Positions 25,113 to 32,000 of a stretch of 32,000 nucleotides of DNA are shown in pieces. Source of the DNA: Candidatus Saccharimonadota bacterium (GTDB taxonomy: Bacteria; Patescibacteriota; Saccharimonadia; Saccharimonadales; UBA4665); NCBI GenBank assembly GCA_963718045.1, contig OY970350.1, positions 330,001-362,000 of the forward strand, written 5' to 3'. Both the position numbers and the translations under genes were made by a program. The notes under the pieces are model-generated. The model was not told the origin of the DNA. It searched no databases and saw only the letters and a list, made by a program, of their open reading frames with translations. The first letter of the stretch is position 1; each line of letters starts with the position of its first letter.

Positions 25113-26384
25113 ATGAAAATCTCGAGGATAAAAGCCAGGCAGATCCTTGATTCCAGGGGTGAACCTACAGTTGAAGCAGATGTCTGGCTTGATAATGGTA
25201 TTTTTGGCCGGGCAGCAGTTCCTGCCGGTGCCTCGACTGGTTCTCATGAAGCCCATGAACTTCGTGACGGCGGCAATGCATTTGACGGAAAAGGTGTTTT
25301 AAATGCAGTTGCCAATATTGAGGGCGAGATTGCTGACCACCTAAAAGGTGTAATGGCTGATGACCAGCTTATGGTTGACCAGAAAATGATAGACCTTGAC
25401 GGTACCCCAGATAAGTCAAGACTAGGCGCCAATGCTATTTTAGCCGTATCCTTAGCCTGTGCTCGTGCCGCAGCAAATGCCCGGCAAGTACTGCTATATG
25501 TACATATCAACGATATTGCCCATAATCCGCCAAGAACAATTCCGTTGCCAATGATGAATGTTTTAAATGGCGGTAAACATGCTACAAATTCTGCCGACTT
25601 CCAAGAGTACATGATAATACCCAGGCGTGTTTCAACTTATTCCCAGTGTGTTCAGGTCGGGGCTGAGATATTTCAATCCTTAAAACGCAAAATAGCTTCA
25701 CTTGGTGCCTCAACGGCGGTTGGTGATGAGGGTGGTTTTACTTACCCGGTAAAAAGCAATACGGAAATGCTCGATTTGTTAGGCAGTGCTATTAATGAGT
25801 CAAGTTTTAAACCGGGTGATGATGTTTATTACGCCCTAGATGTAGCTGCTTCAGAGTTTTTTAAAGACGGCATGTATACTTTAAAAACTGAGAATCGGCA
25901 GTTAGCTAGCAGTGAGATGATTGATTATCTGTCGACCATTTCTGATTCTTACCCGCTTATATCGATTGAGGATGGGTTAGACCAAGATGCCTGGGAAGCT
26001 TGGCCAGTCATGACATCACGGCTGGGAAGATTACAGATTGTCGGTGATGATTTACTGGTAACAAATTCTGAAAGACTAAAAAAAGCGATCGATATAAAAG
26101 CTGGCAATGCTATTCTTATCAAGCCAAATCAGATCGGGACGCTTAGTGAAACAATACACACCATAAAATTAGCCAAAGATCATGGCTGGCGTACTGTAGT
26201 TTCACACCGAAGCGGCGAAACGGAAGATGTGTCTATAGTCCATATCGCTATTGGTACAGGGGCAGACCAGATAAAGATCGGCAGTTTATCTAGAAGCGAA
26301 AGAAATGCTAAGCATAATGAAATTATGCGTATTGAGGAAATAGATAAGACATTAAAGTTGGCAAATCCTTTTAGCGCTAATTAA
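25113..26384 (+). CDS. eno: Enolase (phosphopyruvate hydratase)
   Basis: 423 aa. ARQILDSRGEPTVEADV, GASTGSHEAHELRD, IKPNQIGTLSET and SHRSGETEDV are canonical enolase motifs. Confidence 0.97.
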   Translation: MKISRIKARQILDSRGEPTVEADVWLDNGIFGRAAVPAGASTGSHEAHELRDGGNAFDGKGVLNAVANIEGEIADHLKGVMADDQLMVDQKMIDLDGTPDKSRLGANAILAVSLACARAAANARQVLLYVHINDIAHNPPRTIPLPMMNVLNGGKHATNSADFQEYMIIPRRVSTYSQCVQVGAEIFQSLKRKIASLGASTAVGDEGGFTYPVKSNTEMLDLLGSAINESSFKPGDDVYYALDVAASEFFKDGMYTLKTENRQLASSEMIDYLSTISDSYPLISIEDGLDQDAWEAWPVMTSRLGRLQIVGDDLLVTNSERLKKAIDIKAGNAILIKPNQIGTLSETIHTIKLAKDHGWRTVVSHRSGETEDVSIVHIAIGTGADQIKIGSLSRSERNAKHNEIMRIEEIDKTLKLANPFSAN

Positions 26385-26405
26385 GTTTATTACAAATACA
26401 AGGTG

Positions 26406-26434
26406 TTGTAATATGACAGCTAGTGTAATATACT
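26406..26434 (+). promoter_or_regulatory. Putative promoter/operator of the toxin-antitoxin operon
   Basis: TTGTAA, a 17-nt spacer, then TATACT. The -10 ends 6 nt before the ATG at 26441. The direct repeat TGTAATAT (26407..26414 and 26424..26431) overlaps both hexamers. Confidence 0.45.
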
Positions 26435-26440
26435 AACAGT

Positions 26441-26707
26441 ATGAGTGATAACCCTACAGCAATTCGTCTTACGCGTACTAGAGAGGTTGAGCACGTACTT
26501 AAGGTAGCACGCAAGCGTTATCCTGCTTTAAATGATCCTGAAATATTTAAGCTAGCACTTAGTCGTTTAGTATATGAGCCAAATACAGTAACCGACGAAA
26601 TTATGGAGCTAGAATCTACTGCATCCTATGCGGTGGGCATGGATTACTTGTCTGATCCGGCTGAAGATATATATCACGAAGGTATGGGCAGGAAAGTTAG
26701 TATTTAA
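26441..26707 (+). CDS. Putative antitoxin (ribbon-helix-helix-like N-terminus)
   Basis: 88 aa, located 2 nt upstream of a MazF/PemK-like toxin gene. The N-terminal pattern AIRLTRTREVEHVLKVARKRYPALNDPEIFKLALSRL is compatible with strand-helix-helix. The C-terminus is acidic. Confidence 0.55.
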   Translation: MSDNPTAIRLTRTREVEHVLKVARKRYPALNDPEIFKLALSRLVYEPNTVTDEIMELESTASYAVGMDYLSDPAEDIYHEGMGRKVSI

Positions 26708-26709
26708 CT

Positions 26710-27039
26710 ATGCCTATCGTGCTCTACGGTGTATATTTAGCTCGCTTCAGATTTATTGAGTCGGGGGCATACAAGCCTAGGCCAGTCGTTATTATTAGCC
26801 AGCCTAGAGGTGAGTATAAGATATTGCTTACTATCCCACTTTCTTCTAATCCGATTAAAGAAGATGTAGACGTGTCACTAGAAGCCTGGGAGTCTAGCGG
26901 TCTTATAAAACCAACGGTCGCCAGAGTTCATCGTCTAACAGCTGTGATAGGTAACAATATATTGGAGTTTGTCGGTCAACTTGAGCAAAAAGACATAGTT
27001 CGCATAAAGCAATCATTACAAAAGACATTTGAACTATAA
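26710..27039 (+). CDS. MazF/PemK-family toxin-like protein (type II TA endoribonuclease fold)
   Basis: 109 aa. GVYLARFRFIESGAYKPRPVVIIS...IPLSS...KPTVARVHRLTAV matches the PemK/MazF core pattern (K-x-RP-x-V-[IV]-[IV]-S). Confidence 0.7.
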   Translation: MPIVLYGVYLARFRFIESGAYKPRPVVIISQPRGEYKILLTIPLSSNPIKEDVDVSLEAWESSGLIKPTVARVHRLTAVIGNNILEFVGQLEQKDIVRIKQSLQKTFEL

Positions 27040-27162
27040 ATATCTCTTGACTGTGTCTGATAATAAGTTCGCCATACCTCCAATAGTTGACAGTAAAGCA
27101 ATTTACCGCCCCTGCTGTATAGATTGTATTTCGTAGTTTGTTTATAAAATATTAATTATCTC

Positions 27163-27192
27163 TTGACTCAAAAGTGATGGAACAGATATACT
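27163..27192 (+). promoter_or_regulatory. Putative promoter of the glycogen operon
   Basis: TTGACT, an 18-nt spacer, then TATACT, about 80 nt upstream of the ATG at 27271. Confidence 0.5.
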
Positions 27193-27270
27193 AAGCATAT
27201 CCGTAATAGGTAAATGGTACCCATACTATTTGGGTAACAAAAAGAGACAATAAAAAAAGAAAAATTACAG

Positions 27271-28476
27271 ATGAAAGTACTAATGTTAGGCTGGGAATTA
27301 CCCCCCCATAACAGTGGAGGATTGGGTACTGCCTGTTATGAGCTATGCAAGGGCCTAGCAAAAAATAACGTTGACATCGAGTTTATCCTGCCCTACAAAG
27401 CTGAACATAATATTGATTTCATGACGGTTACCGCAGCCATACCAATTGGCGTTGACGACATTCAGCGGCTGGGAATTGCCTACGACAGCAGTAAGTACAT
27501 TCTTGATAGCGGAAGTGAGGCTTGGCTTAATATTGCTGACCAGCACTTGCTTTATGAACGAGCTGTTCTTGAACTAGCTAAGACCCGTCAGTTTGATATT
27601 GTTCATGCCCATGACTGGCTGACTTTTAGAGCTGCTTTAAGATTAAAAGAACGCTTTGGCTGTCCGATTATACTGCATGTTCACTCGGTTGAATCTGATA
27701 GGGCTGGTGATAAGCCCGGTAATCCCTTGATCCACGAAATTGAGGATACAGCCCTTCATCTAGCCGACAGAGTTATTGCTGTCAGCGAACACACTAAAAA
27801 GATCATAATGCGGGATTATGGTTTGCCGCCGGAAGCAATTGAAATAGTTCATAACAGCCTGAATGTTAATGAGCTTGTACCTCTTGACAGCGAAAACGTT
27901 TATCGATACCTCAAAGTTATGAAGGAGAAGGGTTACAGGGTGGTAACCAGTGTCGGACGGCTGACCATCCAGAAAGGCTTGCCTAACCTGCTTGATGCCA
28001 TCCGTAAGGTAGTCGATAAAGTGCCCAAGACCTTGGTTTTGATAGTCGGCAGCGGTGATCAGATGTATGAGTTAATGGAAAAATCCGCTAAATTAGGCAT
28101 TGGCGCCAACATCTTATTTACAGATTTTCAGAGAGGTAAAAACTGGCGGGACGCCTATGCTATTGGCGATTTGTTTGTGTTACCGTCAATAACTGAGCCA
28201 TTTGGTTTAACACCTCTTGAATCAATCGGTTACGGAACACCAGCTCTTATTTCTAAGCAGTCCGGCGTAAGCGAAGTCTTAAATAATGTTCTTAAGGTAG
28301 ATTATTGGGATATTGATGAAATGGCTAATCAGATAGCCTCTGTTTTAATGAATGATCCTTTAAGGGACGAGCTGGAAGCAAATAGTTATAGGGAGCTTGA
28401 GAAGATGTCCTGGCAGCAGGCAACGGATAAAATGATAGGCATATATTCAGCCCATCTGTCAGGAGCAGGCGCATGA
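27271..28476 (+). CDS. Glycogen/starch-synthase-like glycosyltransferase (GT4/GT5, GT-B fold)
   Basis: 401 aa. The N-terminal MLGWELPPHNSGGLGTACYEL and the E-x7-E motif EPFGLTPLESIGYGTP match. It is translationally coupled (ATGA) to a GH57 gene. Confidence 0.8.
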   Translation: MKVLMLGWELPPHNSGGLGTACYELCKGLAKNNVDIEFILPYKAEHNIDFMTVTAAIPIGVDDIQRLGIAYDSSKYILDSGSEAWLNIADQHLLYERAVLELAKTRQFDIVHAHDWLTFRAALRLKERFGCPIILHVHSVESDRAGDKPGNPLIHEIEDTALHLADRVIAVSEHTKKIIMRDYGLPPEAIEIVHNSLNVNELVPLDSENVYRYLKVMKEKGYRVVTSVGRLTIQKGLPNLLDAIRKVVDKVPKTLVLIVGSGDQMYELMEKSAKLGIGANILFTDFQRGKNWRDAYAIGDLFVLPSITEPFGLTPLESIGYGTPALISKQSGVSEVLNNVLKVDYWDIDEMANQIASVLMNDPLRDELEANSYRELEKMSWQQATDKMIGIYSAHLSGAGA

Positions 28477-29684
28477 GTCAGAAAGCCATAGTTTTATACC
28501 TTCATGTTCACCAGCCCTATAGGATAAGGCATTACACAGTCTTTGACGCTGCCGTTAATCATAACTACTTCGATGCCCCTTATGACGATAACGCTTCAAA
28601 CGAGAGGGTCCTTAAGAAAGTGGCCGAGAAGTCCTATATGCCGACTAATGCCAGACTCCTTAAATTACTGGATGAAAATCCCGGGTTCAAACTAAGCCTT
28701 TCAATTACCGGTACAGTTATTGAGCAGTTAGAAAAATGGGCGCCTGAGTGCCTGGAGTCATTTAAAAAGTTGGCTGATTCCGGGCGGGTTGAGATTGTTG
28801 GCGAGACATATCACCATACCCTGGCCTACTTCTACTCCAAGAGTGAATTTGAGATACAGGTTGATATGCACAAACGAAAGATTGAAGAAGTCTTTGGCCA
28901 GTACCCGACTGTCTTTAGAAATACGGAGCTTAGTTATAACAATGAGATTGCCAAATGGGCTGATGAAGCCGGCTATAAGGGAATATTAGCTGAAGGCTGG
29001 GACCCTATCTTACAATGGCGCAGTCCAAACTACGTTTATCAGCCGGTCAATACGGAAAATATCAGGTTGCTTCTTAAAAACTACAAAATATCTGATGATA
29101 TTGCCTTTAGGTTCGGTGATCACGACTGGAGTGAATGGCCGCTGACTGCCGATAAGTTCATGCACTGGCTAAGTGAAGATATAAATGCCACTAACTTTGA
29201 CTTATTTATGGACTATGAGACCTTCGGTGAACACCAATGGGAAGACAGCGGTATCTTTGAATTCCTTGAACACATACCTAAAGAATGGCTTAAGACAGAA
29301 GGCCATTCGTTTATGACGGTGACCGAGGCGATAGATAGTTTTAAGCCGGTAGACAGGGTTGATGTGCCTAATACTATTACTTGGGCCGATACAGAAAGAG
29401 ATTTAAGTGCTTGGCTTGGTAATGCCCTTCAGGTCAGCTCAATCTCTAGTCTTTATTCGCTTGAAGATAAGATTATAGCGACTAACGATTTAGCGCTAAT
29501 AGACGACTGGCGGCGACTGCAAACTTCTGATCATTTCTACTATATGTGTACCAAATGGTTCAATGACGGCGACATTCATGCCTACTTTAGCCCCTATAAG
29601 ACACCTTATGAGGCCTATATGAACTTTATGAACAGTTATCATGATCTTCGCTACAGAATTAGCCAAGCTGGGGTAGAATTATAA
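28473..29684 (+). CDS. Glycoside hydrolase family 57 protein (alpha-amylase / glucanotransferase / branching-enzyme-like)
   Basis: 403 aa. LYLHVHQPYR, GRVEIVGETYHH and DYETFGEH resemble conserved GH57 regions. Confidence 0.78.
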   Translation: MSQKAIVLYLHVHQPYRIRHYTVFDAAVNHNYFDAPYDDNASNERVLKKVAEKSYMPTNARLLKLLDENPGFKLSLSITGTVIEQLEKWAPECLESFKKLADSGRVEIVGETYHHTLAYFYSKSEFEIQVDMHKRKIEEVFGQYPTVFRNTELSYNNEIAKWADEAGYKGILAEGWDPILQWRSPNYVYQPVNTENIRLLLKNYKISDDIAFRFGDHDWSEWPLTADKFMHWLSEDINATNFDLFMDYETFGEHQWEDSGIFEFLEHIPKEWLKTEGHSFMTVTEAIDSFKPVDRVDVPNTITWADTERDLSAWLGNALQVSSISSLYSLEDKIIATNDLALIDDWRRLQTSDHFYYMCTKWFNDGDIHAYFSPYKTPYEAYMNFMNSYHDLRYRISQAGVEL

Positions 29685-29702
29685 GCATGATAAGGGTGGA
29701 AA

Positions 29703-31634
29703 ATGGGTAGACCAGTTGTTTTAAGCAACGGCCAGTTATTTGTCGGTCTTGATGAGTCTGGCCTGGTTCATGATTTCTATTACCCTTACGTCGGGCTGGA
29801 GAATTTAACCAATGCCAGGTCTTCCCAGCATAAGATAGGCATTTGGGTAGACGGCAAGTTTAGCTGGACGAATGATGGCTCATGGGAAATTAAGGTCGAT
29901 TTTGAAGAAGACGCCTTAATTAGCTACATTGAGCTTAAAAATAATAATCTCGAGATTAATTTATTATTTCAGGACTTTGTCGATACTGATAGCAATACTT
30001 TTATCCGGCACATCACTATTGCCAATCCCTTGGACCGTGAACGAGACGTTCGGGTTTTTATGCACCAGGTATTCCAGATATCTAGAGCTGGCCGGGCTGA
30101 TACTGCCCTATACATTCCCGATGACAACTACATTTTGGACTACAAGGGCCGTTATTCACTGGCTATTTCAGGTAAATACAGTGACGGCGGTGAGAGCTTT
30201 GACCAGTACGCTGTTGGTAACTACGGCATTGAAGCTAAGGCTGGCACATTTGTTGACGCCGAAGACGGCCAGCTGTCCGGTAATGCCGTGGAGCATGGCG
30301 GTGTTGACAGCGTAATTAGATTTAAACGGGCGCTTGGTGCTCATAAGTCAGATTTTATTGACTACTGGATCATCGCTTCGTCCAGCCAGAGTGATGCCCA
30401 GGTTGTTGATGAATCCTTGAAAAAAGATGATATTGAGAAAAGATTAACAACTGTTCGGAAATATTGGCAGAAATGGCTTAAAGATAATCATGAACTGCCA
30501 GACTATCACCTTAGGAGCTTAAAGCATAGTTTGCTGGTTATTAAGGCTCATATTGATGAGAGGGGTTCTATCCTGGCTAGCGGTGACTCCAGTATCTTTA
30601 ATTACGGCCGGGACTACTACTGTTATTGCTGGCCAAGAGATGCAGCTTATGCTCTTTGGCCCCTCATCAGACTTGGCCACTACGAAGAAGCTAAGCAGTT
30701 CTTTGAATTTGCCCGTGATACGAAGCATAAAGACGGCTATTTAATGCATAAATACCAGCCAGATAGATCAATTGGTAGTACCTGGCATCCTCTTGTTCAT
30801 GGACGCAATAAAGAGCTGGCAATCCAGGAAGATGAAACAGCAACCGTTATATATATGATCGGCCAGTATTATGAAGCTTCCAAGGACAAGACTTTTGTTG
30901 AGAATATTTATCATAGCTTTGTAGTTGGAGCAGCTAATTTCATGGTTAGGTTTATTGACGAATCGACCGGCCTGCCGCATGCCAGTTATGACCTATGGGA
31001 GGAAAAGTTCCTAACCTCGACTTATACAGTATCAACTGTTATTGCCGGTCTGGATACCGCTTCTTACCTAGCTAAAGAGGTTGATTCGGCCGATGACTCT
31101 GTTAGATGGAAGAAAATGGCTGACCAGCTTAGAAATAACCTAGATAAGCTATTTGGTGAAGTAGATTACTTTACAAAGGGATTCCTGCTTCTAGATAACG
31201 GTGATCTTAGATATGACTATACATTGGATATATCCAGCCTCTATGGGCCATTTATGTTTGCCGGTCTTGAATCGACAGATAAGAGACTGGTTGCAACTGT
31301 TGACCAGATTGAAAAGCGTATTTTAAACTCCTCACCTTCCGGAGGTGTACTCCGTTACGAGAACGATAGCTACTTCTTGACTAAGAAGCAGTACAAAGGC
31401 AATCCATGGATAGTCAGTACATTATGGCTGGCCCAGTATTATCTGGCAGTCAGTCAGCACCAAAAGGCTAAAGATCTGCTCGAATGGTCAATTGCCCGTG
31501 AACTTCCCAGTGCAGTCTTATCTGAACAGTTTGATCCTGAAAATGCCTTACCGCTCGGAGTTACGCCGCTGGTATGGAGCCATGCCGAGCTGGTTAATAC
31601 ACTGCTGGATTTAAGTAAATATCAAAAAGACTAG
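29703..31634 (+). CDS. Glycoside hydrolase family 15 protein (glucoamylase/glucodextranase-like)
   Basis: 643 aa with an N-terminal beta-sandwich region and an (alpha/alpha)6 catalytic part. [20 protein letters not shown] and the C-terminal PLVWSHAE are typical of bacterial/archaeal GH15. An AGGGTGGA Shine-Dalgarno precedes it. Confidence 0.85.
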   Translation: MGRPVVLSNGQLFVGLDESGLVHDFYYPYVGLENLTNARSSQHKIGIWVDGKFSWTNDGSWEIKVDFEEDALISYIELKNNNLEINLLFQDFVDTDSNTFIRHITIANPLDRERDVRVFMHQVFQISRAGRADTALYIPDDNYILDYKGRYSLAISGKYSDGGESFDQYAVGNYGIEAKAGTFVDAEDGQLSGNAVEHGGVDSVIRFKRALGAHKSDFIDYWIIASSSQSDAQVVDESLKKDDIEKRLTTVRKYWQKWLKDNHELPDYHLRSLKHSLLVIKAHIDERGSILASGDSSIFNYGRDYYCYCWPRDAAYALWPLIRLGHYEEAKQFFEFARDTKHKDGYLMHKYQPDRSIGSTWHPLVHGRNKELAIQEDETATVIYMIGQYYEASKDKTFVENIYHSFVVGAANFMVRFIDESTGLPHASYDLWEEKFLTSTYTVSTVIAGLDTASYLAKEVDSADDSVRWKKMADQLRNNLDKLFGEVDYFTKGFLLLDNGDLRYDYTLDISSLYGPFMFAGLESTDKRLVATVDQIEKRILNSSPSGGVLRYENDSYFLTKKQYKGNPWIVSTLWLAQYYLAVSQHQKAKDLLEWSIARELPSAVLSEQFDPENALPLGVTPLVWSHAELVNTLLDLSKYQKD

Positions 31635-31837
31635 TGTTTACGGGGTTTAACTTCGTTCCTGCCTAAACTCTTTTTAGTTTCGGTGAATATAACGTGCTTG
31701 CGAAGTCTTGGGCTGTATTTCTTTAAAGATAACTTATCTGGTGTATTCATGGTGTTTTTAGTGGTGTAATAGATTCTTTCGCCACTTTCTTCACTAACCA
31801 TACCGATTATCTTTCTCTTATCGCCTTTTTTAGCCAT
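31631..31837 (-). CDS. rpmG: 50S ribosomal protein bL33 (cysteine-less form, C-terminally extended)
   Basis: 68 aa. [49 protein letters not shown] matches the L33 pattern (Y.T.KN....KL.LKKY.P..RKH). Confidence 0.85.
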   Translation of the reverse strand: MAKKGDKRKIIGMVSEESGERIYYTTKNTMNTPDKLSLKKYSPRLRKHVIFTETKKSLGRNEVKPRKH

Positions 31838-31912
31838 AACTTATTGCCTTTAGACTTAAATATTATATATAGTTTAACAGATTAGAGTTAAGTTGTAAAA
31901 CCTGATTTAATC

Positions 31913-31988
31913 TGGAGCCGTGACCGAGATTTGAACTCGGGACCCCATCTCTACCATAGATGTGCTCTACCAACTGAGCTATCACGGC
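31913..31988 (-). tRNA. trnT: tRNA-Thr (anticodon GGT), with the 3' CCA encoded
   Basis: Hand-folded from the reverse complement: GCCGTGA-TA-GCTC-AGTTGGTA-GAGC-A-CATCT-ATGGTAG-AGATG-GGGTC-CCGAG-TTCAAAT-CTCGG-TCACGGC-T-CCA. Confidence 0.9.
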
Positions 31989-32000
31989 GTTTTCTGCTAG

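Noticed and set aside
27041-27168. The 12-nt motif TATCTCTTGACT occurs twice (27041..27052 and 27157..27168) in the TA/glycogen intergenic region, suggesting tandem promoters or an operator.
   Set aside because: Only the second copy has a properly spaced -10 (TATACT at 18 nt). The first has none at 16-18 nt. Two 12-mers in an AT-rich spacer are weak evidence, so only the second is annotated.
28474-28476. Possible alternative genetic code (TGA recoded, as in some CPR lineages such as Gracilibacteria/SR1).
   Set aside because: TGA closes well-defined ORFs at positions matching the expected protein ends, for example the glycogen-synthase-like gene (an ATGA overlap with the GH57 gene) and the 163-aa gene. 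All conserved genes are intact under the standard bacterial code.
5514-30980. Other nested ORFs from the track: 5514..5765, 10357..10551, 10383..10565, 10799..11047, 11228..11461, 11854..12099, 12212..12487, 12294..12512, 21137..21688, 21751..21981, 22142..22333, 22766..22969, 25244..25612, 27355..27546, 28789..28989, 29929..30315, 30519..30728, 30553..30744 and 30768..30980.
   Set aside because: Each lies inside or antisense to a longer ORF with clear family motifs. None has a recognisable domain signature or translation-initiation signal.

Overview
This is a 32-kb chromosomal segment from a bacterium using the standard genetic code (TGA is a stop). The gene content and the number of domain fusions suggest a small-genome CPR/Patescibacteria (Saccharibacteria-like) organism, but that is inference only. 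The backbone is the conserved translation/transcription cluster on the minus strand: tRNA-Thr, rpmG, then secE-nusG-rplK-rplA, then rplJ-rplL. Here it is split into three pieces. About 5 kb (an aminoacyl-PG-synthase-like gene, dcd and a tmk::thyX fusion) separates rplA from rplJ, and about 23 kb of other genes separates rpmG from secE. The 23-kb block holds a membrane GT2, a P-loop kinase / DUF45 peptidase / PAS histidine kinase operon, a 6.3-kb gene for a 2110-aa membrane-anchored Kelch-like repeat protein, and tRNA-Trp. It also holds a lower-glycolysis set (ppsA, adk-like, a 2-hydroxyacid dehydrogenase::phosphoglycerate mutase fusion, eno), an RHH-like/MazF-like toxin-antitoxin pair, and a glycogen operon (glycogen-synthase-like GT, GH57, GH15). 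The most notable observation concerns the giant repeat gene. It is bracketed by two 131-bp direct repeats that duplicate the promoter and 5' end of the neighbouring kinase gene plus the first bases of tRNA-Trp. It also contains three perfectly identical 207-bp in-frame tandem units. Together these make it look like an inserted, promoter-capturing, copy-number-unstable surface-protein cassette. Several non-ribosomal genes have a -10 box only 6-13 nt upstream of the ATG with no Shine-Dalgarno, which suggests leaderless mRNAs. I saw no rRNA, CRISPR array, transposase or integrase. All homology calls come from motif recognition by eye; no searches were run.
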